64,000 nt of DNA from an uncultured Chitinophagaceae bacterium (lineage in GTDB: Bacteria > Bacteroidota > Ignavibacteria > Kapaibacteriales > UBA961): positions 14,364 through 78,363 of the forward strand of contig CAZGNO010000004.1 in assembly GCA_964527785.1 (NCBI GenBank), given 5' to 3'. Within the stretch, counting starts at the first letter, position 1, and each line of letters begins with the position of its first letter. Made by a program: the position numbers and the translations under genes. Below the pieces are notes generated by a model. That model was not told the origin of the DNA. It worked only from the letters and a program-made list of their open reading frames with translations, and did no database searches. This document shows, in pieces, positions 40,368 to 50,116 of this stretch.

Positions 40368-40524
40368 TGTTCCCTAAAGATTTGAAAAATAAAAGAATAA
40401 CTTTATGTAACTGTTCTAATTTACTATTTTATCAGCGCAGACCAATCAAAAATTCCGTTTCTTAATTTCTACTCGTTCGTCATTCAAAAAAATCTCGTAT
40501 ATTTGCCGTATCAGATAATTGTAT

Positions 40525-40697
40525 GGTGCTTTTGCCCGTGTCCAAACGGCAAAAGAGAATAGGGAATCCTGTGAAAATCGGGAACGGTTGCGCCGCTGTA
40601 ACGGATGACGCGCTCTTTTACCCCAAAAGCCACTGCCAAAAGGCGGGAAGGCACAAAATAAAAGAGCAAGGATGATTCCGAAGTCAGAAGACCTGCC
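40525..40697 (+). ncRNA. Cobalamin (B12) riboswitch
   Basis: + strand: GGTGC..AAGAGAATAGGGAATCCTGTGAAAATCGGGAACGGTTGCGCCGCTGTAACGG...GCCACTG..GGGAAGGC...AAGTCAGAAGACCTGCC. This matches the conserved AAnAGGGAA, GGTGAAAnTCC, CCGC.CTGTAA, GCCACTG, GGGAAGG and B12-box AGYCAGGAGACCTGCC blocks in the correct order. The listed ORFs 40446..40751(-) and 40511..40702(-) are rejected. Confidence 0.8.
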
Positions 40698-40940
40698 TGC
40701 AATTCTCATCGTTCTATCGCCTGTGTTCAATAGTGAATACAGTATAGACATCCGCGCAAACGGATGTGTGATGAGGAAATGTGTTTTTTATCGCACCCAA
40801 AGTGTGACTTCCTTTCTGCATTTCCCCATCGTTGCGTCTTAACTCTCGGCGCATTTGCTTTATCATATTACAAAAATACAAGCAATGACTGACAACAGTA
40901 TGTCAGTTACTTTTTTTATTTTCTTTTAAGGGAAATGTTT

Positions 40941-42302
40941 ATGAATTATTTTTCTTTGTTGCGGAAATTTACCGCTCTCACTTTCTTCATCGCAGGGCTA
41001 GCTTCCAACCTTTCAGCCCAATCAATTATTACTGTTGGCACACAGCCGCTTTCCATTATTCCCGCAGGGAACACCGTTCATATATTTTGCAACGGCGACG
41101 ACAAGAATTACAATTCTATTTATGAGCCGGACAGCGGAGAAGTTGCGGCTTCATGGTGGATTCTTGATGCACAAACTCAAACAGTTCTCAAACACCGTGA
41201 ATTTACCGATAGATACCTCCCTTTTCCTCTACGAGTGGGAATTGGGTATGATACACTCTATATGGGCACAGGCAACCGCGTCAGTACCTTCAATGTCAAT
41301 ACCCAAGAAATGATACAGGATAAATATATTGTTCTTCCTGATTCTCTTGGCTTTATTCATGCAATTACGGCAGAAGAATTGGATGATGCTCATCAAGTTG
41401 GTGTAGCTATTTCTTGTATAAAAGATTATACAAATCCGGGATATTTAGCAGCATCAATAAATGGAGAAATTCTACTGGTTCTGAATACCCTCATCTCTCC
41501 TCAACAGGCAATTACCTACATTAGCCCTATTGATAGCAACGGAGCTGTGGCTGTTCTCTGCGAAGGAACGTATGGCGTAGGAAACTCTTACCTTCAACTC
41601 TTTGTTAAACAAGACAGTGCAGCAGTTAATATTTCAGTAGGAGATGGTGGCAATCATATTTTCTATGAAGGCACAGGGCATGATTCAATGTATGTTACGT
41701 CTAACGGCACACACAAGGTTTTGATTGTGGATTTGAAAAAATTAAGTGCCGTTAAATCCATCTCAGTAGGTACTACAGGTTTTAATGGTCCCCGTGAATC
41801 AGCCCTCATTGGAAACAAACTTTTTGTTACAACATACGATAGTGATGTAAGAGAATTTAATATCGAAACGGGTGAGTTGGTTGCAACTCTGGACTCCAAA
41901 GGGAAACCCGAAGGGCTAACCGTAATAAACGGTAAATTGTGGGTAGCAAATGCTTATAAAAGTAAAAGCTATGAAGCAGGAAATACTATTGCTGTTTTCG
42001 ATTCCCCTCTTGCAGTAGAAGAATATTTTACTGAGAATAAAAATATAGTATTCCCAAATCCAGCGCAATCTTCTACAACAATCTCCACTACATTCAGCGG
42101 GCAAGCAAATATACCCGTTCAAGTAGAAGTGTATTCATTGACCGGTACGAAATTACTTTCAGTGAATACTGTAACCGGAAATAATGGTGAAGTAAATTAC
42201 ACACTTCCGATTCAAGAGTATAATCTGACTTCCGGTACGTATTTTATCCGCCTTTCGGCAGGACATAAAGTGCAGACTTCGCGGCTGACAGTTGTGGAAT
42301 AA
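40941..42302 (+). CDS. Secreted YVTN/YncE-type beta-propeller protein with a T9SS (Por) C-terminal sorting domain
   Basis: Signal peptide (..LSAQ|S) and repeated ..VG..P..I......(K)(L)(Y/F)V(T/A)N.. beta-propeller blades. The last ~80 aa (..FPNPAQSSTTISTT......VYSLTGTKLLSVN........SGTYFIRLSAGHKVQTSRLTVVE) match a T9SS C-terminal domain. The gene lies downstream of the B12 riboswitch on the same strand. Confidence 0.65.
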   Translation: MNYFSLLRKFTALTFFIAGLASNLSAQSIITVGTQPLSIIPAGNTVHIFCNGDDKNYNSIYEPDSGEVAASWWILDAQTQTVLKHREFTDRYLPFPLRVGIGYDTLYMGTGNRVSTFNVNTQEMIQDKYIVLPDSLGFIHAITAEELDDAHQVGVAISCIKDYTNPGYLAASINGEILLVLNTLISPQQAITYISPIDSNGAVAVLCEGTYGVGNSYLQLFVKQDSAAVNISVGDGGNHIFYEGTGHDSMYVTSNGTHKVLIVDLKKLSAVKSISVGTTGFNGPRESALIGNKLFVTTYDSDVREFNIETGELVATLDSKGKPEGLTVINGKLWVANAYKSKSYEAGNTIAVFDSPLAVEEYFTENKNIVFPNPAQSSTTISTTFSGQANIPVQVEVYSLTGTKLLSVNTVTGNNGEVNYTLPIQEYNLTSGTYFIRLSAGHKVQTSRLTVVE

Positions 42303-42599
42303 TGACTATTAGAACATTTGCAAGTACAATAAAACCTCTGTCGAAGTATAATTCTTCAACAGGAATTGTTGCTTTATATAATTATATAATAATAAACACG
42401 TTATTACCCAACACAAACGAAATTTAGATTCGATAAATATGACTTTACAGTAGTGTAATATTTATGTACTTTTGTGAAATCATATTCAAAATTGGTAAAT
42501 GAACCGAATCTTGAAAAAGTAAGTTATTGCAATTTTACTTTGCCAAATATTCTGAAATAAAGAGGCAGTAAGTTTATCATAATAATAACACGCAAATCT

Positions 42600-42821
42600 A
42601 TGAGAACCTACCAAGTTGAATTACTTGAACCGAAAGCTGAAAAACTTTTGGATGAATTGGCAAACTTGAAACTAATCAGGGTTCAAGAAGTGATTGCCCC
42701 CAAGCAAGAGTTTAAGGAACTGTTAGCAAAAATACGCGAGAAAAAAACTAAAAAACCAACTTTAGATGAAATTGCAGATGAAGTTGAGTTAGTTAGAATG
42801 GAACGCTATGCGAAAAGCTAG
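42600..42821 (+). CDS. Putative antitoxin partner of the PIN toxin
   Basis: A 73-aa highly charged helical protein overlaps the PIN gene by 14 bp. Its family was not recognised. Confidence 0.4.
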   Translation: MRTYQVELLEPKAEKLLDELANLKLIRVQEVIAPKQEFKELLAKIREKKTKKPTLDEIADEVELVRMERYAKS

Positions 42822-43233
42822 AAAATTCAGAATAATTCTTGATACTAACCTATGGATAAGTTTTTTAATCTCCAAAAGACTGAAAAAGATAGATACTTTG
42901 TTCCATCAGGATAATATTATACTCATCTTCAGTGAAGAACTTTTAGAAGAATTTATTACGGTAGCCCAAAGACCAAAATTCAATAAATATTTTTCAGATA
43001 AAGATCTGGAGAACATACTTAACTTGTTTGATGTTTTTGGTGAACTGATAAAAGTGACCTCTGTTGTCGAAGTTTGTAGAGACGAAAAAGACAACTTTTT
43101 ACTAGCGTTAGCCAAAGACGGTAATGTAGATTTCTTGATAACCGGTGACGATGATTTGCTTTCTATCAATATCTTTGAAAATACCACTATTTTGAATTAC
43201 AAAAAATTTGAACTAGAAGTGCAAACAGAGTAG
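42808..43233 (+). CDS. PIN-domain toxin (PIN_3 / TIGR00305-type) of a type II toxin-antitoxin system
   Basis: FRIILDTNLWISFL (first acidic PIN residue), ..FSEELLEEF..V..RPKF, and ..DEKDNFLLALAKDGNVDFLITGDDDLL. Confidence 0.8.
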   Translation: MRKARKFRIILDTNLWISFLISKRLKKIDTLFHQDNIILIFSEELLEEFITVAQRPKFNKYFSDKDLENILNLFDVFGELIKVTSVVEVCRDEKDNFLLALAKDGNVDFLITGDDDLLSINIFENTTILNYKKFELEVQTE

Positions 43234-43338
43234 TTACGAATCATTTATAATATGATATTTCTGAGATTGATGTAAATCTTTTGAAAACTCAACTATTAAT
43301 AAATTACTAGAATTACAAAAAACTCGTTAGCAAAAACT

Positions 43339-43386
43339 AAAAAAAAAAGCCCTGCCGGATTTTCCAATCCGGCAGGGCTTTTTTTA
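43339..43386. terminator. Bidirectional Rho-independent terminator
   Basis: A-run, then gccctgccggat-tttcca-atccggcagggc (perfect 12-bp stem), then T-run. It lies between the convergent PIN gene (+) and the OmpA/TSP3 gene (-). Confidence 0.85.
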
Positions 43387-43402
43387 ACTCTCTAAAGTCA
43401 AC

Positions 43403-45610
43403 TCAATCACATCCGTGCATAATTGCAACGGTAATTCTGCGGTTCTTTGTTCGGATAGATTCCAAGTCGGCTGCAGGCATTCTCTTGAGTGCCTTGCCTG
43501 TTGGTTCTTTTATGTTTGGTCGGTTAGAAGAATATCCTACCGTACCGGCAATCGCACTTGGATCCACACCTTGTTTAATTAACCATGTACGAACGGCATC
43601 AGCACGATGTTGTGACAGCGGAACATTTATTTTATCTCCGCCTTCTTTCGAAGTATGTCCTTCAATCATCACTTTGAGTTTTTCACATTGCTTTACATAA
43701 GCAAGCAATTTTGCAAGTGCAGGTGCTGTTCCCGGTTCTTTAAAGTTAAATTCGGCAGTTCCCACTATGAATAATATTTCTGGGAAATCTGTTTTTGTAC
43801 CGACTTTAGGAGGTTCAGGGCATCCGTTCTTATTAGGTTCGGCACTGTTTGCTTTGCCGGCTATAAGCGGACAGAAGTCCACATCATCACGAACGCTGTC
43901 GTCGTCAGTATCGGCTTTCAAAGGATTGGTTGGTTCCATACTGACACCGTCTCTCTTGCTTTTACGGTTTACTTCATCTCCATCGGATAATGAATCACCG
44001 TCGGTATCTGCTTTGAGAGCATTAGTTCTATATTTATTCACTTCGTCACCGTCAGTCAAACCGTCTGCATCCGTATCGGGTTTTAGAGCATCGGTTCTAT
44101 ATTTATTCAGCTCTTCACCGTCTTTCAGACCGTCTGCATCCGTATCGGCTTTAAATGGATCTGTTTTATGTTTATTGACCTCATCGCCGTCCTTGAGTTC
44201 GTCTGTATCTGTATCATCCGAAAGTGGATTCGTTTTATATTTATGAACCTCTTCACCATCTTGTAAGATGTCGCCGTCTGTATCTACAATTGCAGGATTG
44301 GTATTGTATTGCTTTACTTCATCACCGTCATTCAAAGCATCGCCATCACTGTCAAGTTTTGTAGGGTTGGTCTTATATTGCTTCACTTCGTCCCCATCGC
44401 GCAAGCCGTCAGTATCTGTATCGGCAATTGCAGGATTGGTATTCGTATCATTAATCTCATTTCCGTCATTCAGTCCGTCGGTGTCGGTATCGGCAAGAGC
44501 CGGATTGGTATTGTATTTCGTGACCTCGTCGCCGTCATTCAAACTGTCTTCGTCGCTGTCTGCTTTGAGAGGATCAGTTTTGTATTTGTTAACTTCATCT
44601 CCGTCAAGAAGAGTATCACGGTCTGTATCCGCCAGCACCGGATTAGTTTTCCGAACGATTTCTTCGCCGTCTTTGAGTCCGTCAGTATCACTGTCGGGAA
44701 GTGTTGGATTTGTATTGTATTTGAATACTTCCTCGTAATCATTTAGATTATCGGCATCAGTATCCGGTTTGAGAGGATTAGAATAATATGTAAATACCTC
44801 TTGACCATCTGTAAGACCGTCGCCATCGGTATCGGGGTTATTCTCATCTGTGCCGATTTCGCGTTCTCTGGAATTAGTTACGCCATCATTATCATAGTCG
44901 GCATTGCCGAATACATAATAGGTAAACCCACCTCCAAACGTCATAAACATATCATTGCCGTCGGATGCCTTACCGTCAATGGTCGGGTCATAACCGTCCA
45001 ACCACGGAGTTCCGGTCATACGGATGGTAGCTCTGCCGTTAAAAACAAAATCATCGGTCAAATACATTTCAAAACCGGCTCCGAACGGGAACATGATTGC
45101 TCTTTTTTCATACGTATTACCATCGTTGAGAGGTAATGCTTTTCCGTCTTCATACGTAGGATTCCAGTCGGTGATTCCTACCCCGCCAAAAATAAACGGT
45201 ACAAACTTTTCACTGGGAATAATATTCCATGAAAGAAATGTTTCATAGGTACTAACCCTAGCGAAACTCTTTTCGTGCGGAGCATCAAATCCATTTTTAC
45301 CGAATCTTCCATAAAATTCGGGGTATTTTTGCTGCATTACATCCGTGTTTTTATACCGCAGTTGCGCCCATCCCATGCTTGCTTGGAGCGATATTTGATT
45401 AATAATATTCCAGCGAGCAAACAAATCTCCGCCAAACCATATTTGGTTGTCCGTAAAAGTTCCCCAATACTTCATACCGCCACCGGTAAAACCAAAACCT
45501 ACACGACCACCTTCGCTTTGAGCGAGAAGCGTATTGTTACCTGCAATCCCCATTGTCATAACTATCATTATTGCAAGTAATCTGTTTCGAAAAGCCATTA
45601 TAGCTTTCAT
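43403..45610 (-). CDS. OmpA-family outer-membrane protein with thrombospondin type 3 (calcium-binding) repeats, paralog A
   Basis: Signal peptide, an N-terminal OmpA-like beta-barrel, about 14 tandem D.D.DG..D..E TSP3 repeats (e.g. DTDGDGLTDGQE) and a C-terminal OmpA peptidoglycan-binding domain (..TVGYSSNRPN..GKALKRM..RITVAIMHGCD). Confidence 0.85.
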   Translation of the reverse strand: MKAIMAFRNRLLAIMIVMTMGIAGNNTLLAQSEGGRVGFGFTGGGMKYWGTFTDNQIWFGGDLFARWNIINQISLQASMGWAQLRYKNTDVMQQKYPEFYGRFGKNGFDAPHEKSFARVSTYETFLSWNIIPSEKFVPFIFGGVGITDWNPTYEDGKALPLNDGNTYEKRAIMFPFGAGFEMYLTDDFVFNGRATIRMTGTPWLDGYDPTIDGKASDGNDMFMTFGGGFTYYVFGNADYDNDGVTNSREREIGTDENNPDTDGDGLTDGQEVFTYYSNPLKPDTDADNLNDYEEVFKYNTNPTLPDSDTDGLKDGEEIVRKTNPVLADTDRDTLLDGDEVNKYKTDPLKADSDEDSLNDGDEVTKYNTNPALADTDTDGLNDGNEINDTNTNPAIADTDTDGLRDGDEVKQYKTNPTKLDSDGDALNDGDEVKQYNTNPAIVDTDGDILQDGEEVHKYKTNPLSDDTDTDELKDGDEVNKHKTDPFKADTDADGLKDGEELNKYRTDALKPDTDADGLTDGDEVNKYRTNALKADTDGDSLSDGDEVNRKSKRDGVSMEPTNPLKADTDDDSVRDDVDFCPLIAGKANSAEPNKNGCPEPPKVGTKTDFPEILFIVGTAEFNFKEPGTAPALAKLLAYVKQCEKLKVMIEGHTSKEGGDKINVPLSQHRADAVRTWLIKQGVDPSAIAGTVGYSSNRPNIKEPTGKALKRMPAADLESIRTKNRRITVAIMHGCD

Positions 45611-45992
45611 AGAGCCTCCAATACTATAATTATACAAAAACTATATCCGTTTTATGTAGAAAAGGATATTTTAATTTTTTTAAGAATTAATGTTTTTTGT
45701 TTGATTTATATGTATTTCTTTGCTTTGCCCGATGCTTTTCTCTTTCTTTGCAGATTGTCGTAGTTTATAGTTCCATTATATTGTTACATATATTATTGAA
45801 AAACGGATTGATGAAGATTACTGGGTATATATTTGAATTTATTATTGAAAAATTTAGTTTGTTTAAAATATAGTACGAATTATTGTCAGGTATGTTTCAA
45901 TTAAAAAGTTCTCTCTAGAATCTTTGTAAAGTCTATGGTAAAATTAATAATTAGAAAGAGCAATAGAAACAAAATAATTGCTCAAAACAAAT

Positions 45993-46037
45993 GAGACCCG
46001 TCAGAACTATTACATTCTGACAGGTCTCTTATTTTTT
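45993..46037. terminator. Hairpin terminator downstream of OmpA/TSP3 paralog B
   Basis: gagacccgtcagaa-ctattacat-tctgacaggtctc followed by ttatttttt. Confidence 0.55.
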
Positions 46038-46056
46038 AATGATTCAAAACCTTTGT

Positions 46057-48270
46057 TTAATCACATCCATGCTGTACAGAGACGGTTATCCGTCTGTTCT
46101 TCGAGCGGATTTCATCAATCTGTTTTTTGGTCATTTTCTTTAATGCTTTGCCGGTAGGTTCTTTTACTGTAGGGCGTGTTGCTGCATAGCCGATAGACCC
46201 TGCTATCTTCTCCGATTTCACTCCCTGCTTAACGAGCCAGTCTTTCACTGCGTCGGCACGCATTTGCGAAAGCTCTTGGTTCTTCTTCGGATTGCCTTCT
46301 GATGATGTATGCCCTTCGAGCATTACCTGAAGTTTTTCACATTGTTGTACATAAGCAAGTAGTTTTGCAAGTGCTCCTGCTGTTCCGGGTTCATCAAAAT
46401 TGAAGTTATTTGTTCCCACTTTGAATAATATTTCAGGGAAGTCAGTCTTCGTACCAATTTTGGGCGGCTCAGGACAACCGTTTTTCGTTTTGTCATCATT
46501 TTGCTTTCCGGCGATGAGCGGGCAGTAATCCACATCGTCACGCACACTGTCGCTATCCGAGTCGGGGCTAAGCGGATTAGTTGGTTCAGGGCTGACACCA
46601 TCCTTTTTGCTCTTACGGTTTACTTCGTCACCGTCGCTTAAAGTATCACCGTCAGTATCAGATTTAAGTGGGTCAGTTTTGTACTGAGACAGTTCATCCC
46701 CGTCTTTGAGTCCGTCAGCGTCTGTATCCGGTTTAAGCAGGTCGGTTTTATATTGTGTTACTTCGTCACCGTCTTTGAGTCCGTCTGCGTCTGTATCTGC
46801 TTTGAGAGGATCAGATTTATATTGATTTATTTCGTCGCCGTCCTTTAGTCTGTCTTGGTCAGAATCATCCGAAAGTGCATTTGTTTTATATTTCCGCAGC
46901 TCATCACCATCGCTTATGCTATCGCCGTCACTATCCTGTTTAAGAGGGTCGGTTGAGTACTGTTTTACTTCATCACCGTCATTTATACCGTCTCCATCGG
47001 TATCAGGTTTCATCGGGTCGGTTTTGTACTGTTTCAGCTCGTCACCGTCACGCAAGCCGTCGCCGTCCGTATCGGTAAGCGTAGGGTTCGTTTTGGTAGT
47101 ATTGACTTCTTCACCGTCGGAAATTCCATCATTATCAGTATCGGCAGTTACAGGGTTAGTATTATATTTCTTTCCTTCATCGCCGTCATTCAAGCCGTCA
47201 CCATCTGAATCCGGTTTCATCGGGTCGGTTTTGTATTTGCTCACTTCCTCTCCGTCGAGCAAGCCGTCGCCGTCTGTATCGGGGTTTAACGGATTTGTTT
47301 TGCGAACTAATTCTTCCCCGTCGTTAAGACCGTCACTGTCGGTGTCAGCACGAGTCGCTTGTGTTTTATGCTTAAATATTTCATCGTAATCGGTAAGATT
47401 ATCGCCGTCGGTATCAGCTTTAAGAGGATTTGTAAAGTAGGTAAACACTTCCTGCCCGTCCGTAAGACCGTCACCGTCTGAATCAGGGTTATTTTGATCT
47501 GTGCCTAGTTCACGTTCACGTGAATTAGTCACACCATCATTGTCGTAATCGGCATTGCCGAAGACGTAATAGGTAAAACCCGCTCCGAATGTCATGAAAA
47601 TATCATCACCGTCTGCTGCTTTTTTATCATGAACAGGATCATAGCCGTCCAGCCATGATGTTCCGGTCATCCGAACAGTTCCCCGTCCGTTGAAAACAAA
47701 ATCATCCGTCAGATACATTTCAAATCCTGCACCAAACGGAAACATGACTTTCTGTTTCTCGTATGTAGTACCGTTATTGAGCGGTAATGCTTTGCCGTCG
47801 TCGTATGTAGGATTCCAGTTTGTAATCCCTACACCGCCAAAAACATACGGGACAAATTTCTCTTTCGGAAGAATATTCCATGATAAGAATGCCTCATACG
47901 TACTGATTCTTGAAAAACTCTTTTCGTGAGGTTTGTCAAATCCATTTTGTCCAAAAAGCCCGTAAAACTCAGGATGTTGTGCTTGAATTTCCGGAGTATT
48001 TTTGTATCGGAGTTGCGCCCAGCCCGCTCCTGCCTGAAGTGATATTTGATTAATAATGTTCCATCGAACAAACAAATCTCCGCCAAACCATAATTGATTA
48101 TCTGTAAATGTTCCCCAATATTTCACGCCACCGCCGTTGAAACCAAATCCGATACGCCCGCCTTCGCTTTGAGCGACTGCGTTCGAGCTGACGGCAAATC
48201 CCATTGCGAGCACAATTATTATTGCAAGAAATCTGTTACGAAGCATCTCTACCGTAGTACATACCTTCAT
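46057..48270 (-). CDS. OmpA-family outer-membrane protein with thrombospondin type 3 repeats, paralog B
   Basis: Same architecture as 43403..45610 with long identical stretches (QSEGGR.GFGF.GGG.KYWGTFTDNQ.WFGGDLF.RWNIINQISLQA). The start could be 48270 or 48246. Confidence 0.85.
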   Translation of the reverse strand: MKVCTTVEMLRNRFLAIIIVLAMGFAVSSNAVAQSEGGRIGFGFNGGGVKYWGTFTDNQLWFGGDLFVRWNIINQISLQAGAGWAQLRYKNTPEIQAQHPEFYGLFGQNGFDKPHEKSFSRISTYEAFLSWNILPKEKFVPYVFGGVGITNWNPTYDDGKALPLNNGTTYEKQKVMFPFGAGFEMYLTDDFVFNGRGTVRMTGTSWLDGYDPVHDKKAADGDDIFMTFGAGFTYYVFGNADYDNDGVTNSRERELGTDQNNPDSDGDGLTDGQEVFTYFTNPLKADTDGDNLTDYDEIFKHKTQATRADTDSDGLNDGEELVRKTNPLNPDTDGDGLLDGEEVSKYKTDPMKPDSDGDGLNDGDEGKKYNTNPVTADTDNDGISDGEEVNTTKTNPTLTDTDGDGLRDGDELKQYKTDPMKPDTDGDGINDGDEVKQYSTDPLKQDSDGDSISDGDELRKYKTNALSDDSDQDRLKDGDEINQYKSDPLKADTDADGLKDGDEVTQYKTDLLKPDTDADGLKDGDELSQYKTDPLKSDTDGDTLSDGDEVNRKSKKDGVSPEPTNPLSPDSDSDSVRDDVDYCPLIAGKQNDDKTKNGCPEPPKIGTKTDFPEILFKVGTNNFNFDEPGTAGALAKLLAYVQQCEKLQVMLEGHTSSEGNPKKNQELSQMRADAVKDWLVKQGVKSEKIAGSIGYAATRPTVKEPTGKALKKMTKKQIDEIRSKNRRITVSVQHGCD

Positions 48271-48370
48271 AGAATCTCCTCACTATAAGTACAAAAAATA
48301 TTAAGCAAACCTTTATATTTCAATATCAAGATAGTATATTCATTACAAGAAATCAACACTCAAATTTATA

Positions 48371-49135
48371 CTATTGATTTTTCATAAATTCGGCAATTCG
48401 CCCCGGAAAGTTTGTGGCAATTGCTTTTGCTCTGCGACTTCGGGCAAATTTGAAATCTTCTTCGGTATTCACAGTATAAACTCCAAGATAAATATTACTT
48501 CTCACAGCATCCTCAGATCGTTTGTGGGTAAGTTCTCGCAAAGAGCATATAAATCCCTCGCACCCAATTTCGGAAGCAATTTCAGAAGGTAAACGTTTAT
48601 CGTTCGGGGTATTGATTGCCGCTGTGTGAAGCTCAGGATGCAGGCGTTTAAGACAAGCCAGCGATTCATGATGGAACGAACCAAAGAGAGTAAATTGCTC
48701 CATGCCCGTTGTAAAAATACATTCTAGAATTTTCTCAAGGCGAATGTGATAATCTTCTCCTTGTTGCGGAGGTTTTATTTCAATATTTAGATATGCCTTT
48801 CCTCTAATTAGCTCAATTGCCTGAAGAAGAGACGGTACGGTTTCGCCGCTAAATTCTTTTGAAAACCATGATCCGGCATCCAAAGACTGCATCGAACGTA
48901 GCGATGTGGCTTGAACTCTTCCCTTCCCTTGTGTGGTACGTCCCAAAACAGCATCATGAAATACAACAATTTCATGGTCCGCAGTGAGTTGCACGTCAAG
49001 TTCAATCATATCCACTCCGGCAGCAAGTGCCTGTCGTACAGACGCAAGAGTATTTTCGGGAGCAGTTCCGGATGCGCCCCTATGACCAACAATAAACTGC
49101 TCTACCGAAGGGACAAATTGACGTAAAGAAAGCAT
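48371..49135 (-). CDS. Glycerophosphodiester phosphodiesterase
   Basis: GDPD catalytic motifs HRGASGTAPENTL and IELDVQLTADHEIVVFHD. Confidence 0.85.
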   Translation of the reverse strand: MLSLRQFVPSVEQFIVGHRGASGTAPENTLASVRQALAAGVDMIELDVQLTADHEIVVFHDAVLGRTTQGKGRVQATSLRSMQSLDAGSWFSKEFSGETVPSLLQAIELIRGKAYLNIEIKPPQQGEDYHIRLEKILECIFTTGMEQFTLFGSFHHESLACLKRLHPELHTAAINTPNDKRLPSEIASEIGCEGFICSLRELTHKRSEDAVRSNIYLGVYTVNTEEDFKFARSRRAKAIATNFPGRIAEFMKNQ

Positions 49136-49159
49136 ACGTAGTCAATCAACAAGTATAAC

Positions 49160-49810
49160 TTAAAACCTGAAAAGAAAATTGGTATATAATCCAAAAGCGT
49201 TATAATCCCCATCACCGGTAATGACACTATACCGTAACTCAGCACCCCAAAATATGTCTTGGCTTAGCGGAAACTGTACAAACATTCCGGGGCTAATTAC
49301 TATACGTGAAGTGGTTTCATCCGATTTTTTATTTATTAACCCTCTAATATCGGTTATACTTCTGAATGTAATAAACCCAACTGCTACAGAAGGACGAAGA
49401 ATCGCTTTTTTCTCTATGAGTACATCATACCCCAATTCGCCTGCAATAGAGTATGAAAATTTTTCTAAAGATAATGAAGTGGAGTCAAATGTTTGTGAAA
49501 GGGATCGTCCGAAATTATAGTTGAAAATTCCACCGATATACCATCTGCTTTCCGACGAAATTCCGGCGCGAACATTTATACCAAAATCATAGCTTTCCTT
49601 GAAACCATACCCAAAACCAAGCCCTACATTTACCCCCGAATAGAGAGTTGCCTCAACCGGTTGTACTGAAGCTCGGCGATTAGAATCAACCGATACTGTC
49701 GAAGTGCCCGGTGTTCCGATAATTTGTGCTGAAAGATTGCAAAACATGAAAACACAAAGCAGACTTACGAGTATAGTAATTTTCACAAATATTTCCTTCA
49801 AAAAAAGCAA
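49160..49810 (-). CDS. Hypothetical small outer-membrane beta-barrel protein
   Basis: Signal peptide, alternating beta-strand pattern and C-terminal ..NFLFRF. Confidence 0.5.
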   Translation of the reverse strand: MLFLKEIFVKITILVSLLCVFMFCNLSAQIIGTPGTSTVSVDSNRRASVQPVEATLYSGVNVGLGFGYGFKESYDFGINVRAGISSESRWYIGGIFNYNFGRSLSQTFDSTSLSLEKFSYSIAGELGYDVLIEKKAILRPSVAVGFITFRSITDIRGLINKKSDETTSRIVISPGMFVQFPLSQDIFWGAELRYSVITGDGDYNAFGLYTNFLFRF

Positions 49811-50116
49811 TTAGAGTATTTAACAGTTATTTCGGAGTAAGTGTCTGTTGCAACTTACCAAAATACACCGATATTCACAAACGAAAAACAGGTTTTGTTT
49901 TTGTAATACAACGATTTTCTTAGTCAATTTTAGTTGTCAGTAGTAGTCTCTATGTTCTGTAGAAATAGAAAAACATACATTCATAATTTCATCGAGTTAA
50001 TTATAAAATATTATTTTTACTTAGCATAGTTTTTTATATTATGCTTAAAGAACGCCCGTTTATTTCGTATTTTTGTACTGAAACAGCCCTTAGAATTCCA
50101 CCTTTTTTGGAGAAAT

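Noticed and set aside
40525-40697. The riboswitch might be on the minus strand regulating recA
   Set aside because: The conserved blocks (AAnAGGGAA ... GCCACTG ... GGGAAGG ... B12 box AGTCAGAAGACCTGCC) occur in the canonical 5'-to-3' order only on the + strand. recA is not a known B12-regulated gene.
40446-40751. ORFs 40446..40751(-) and 40511..40702(-) from the six-frame track
   Set aside because: They lie antisense to, and entirely within, the cobalamin riboswitch aptamer. Their Arg/Gly-rich translations reflect the GC-rich structured RNA, not a protein.
43767-44746. Long + strand Ser-rich ORFs (43767..44246, 44268..44738, 44309..44746, 46916..47389)
   Set aside because: They are antisense to the TSP3 repeat arrays of the OmpA-family genes and are low-complexity artefacts of the D.D.DG repeat codons.
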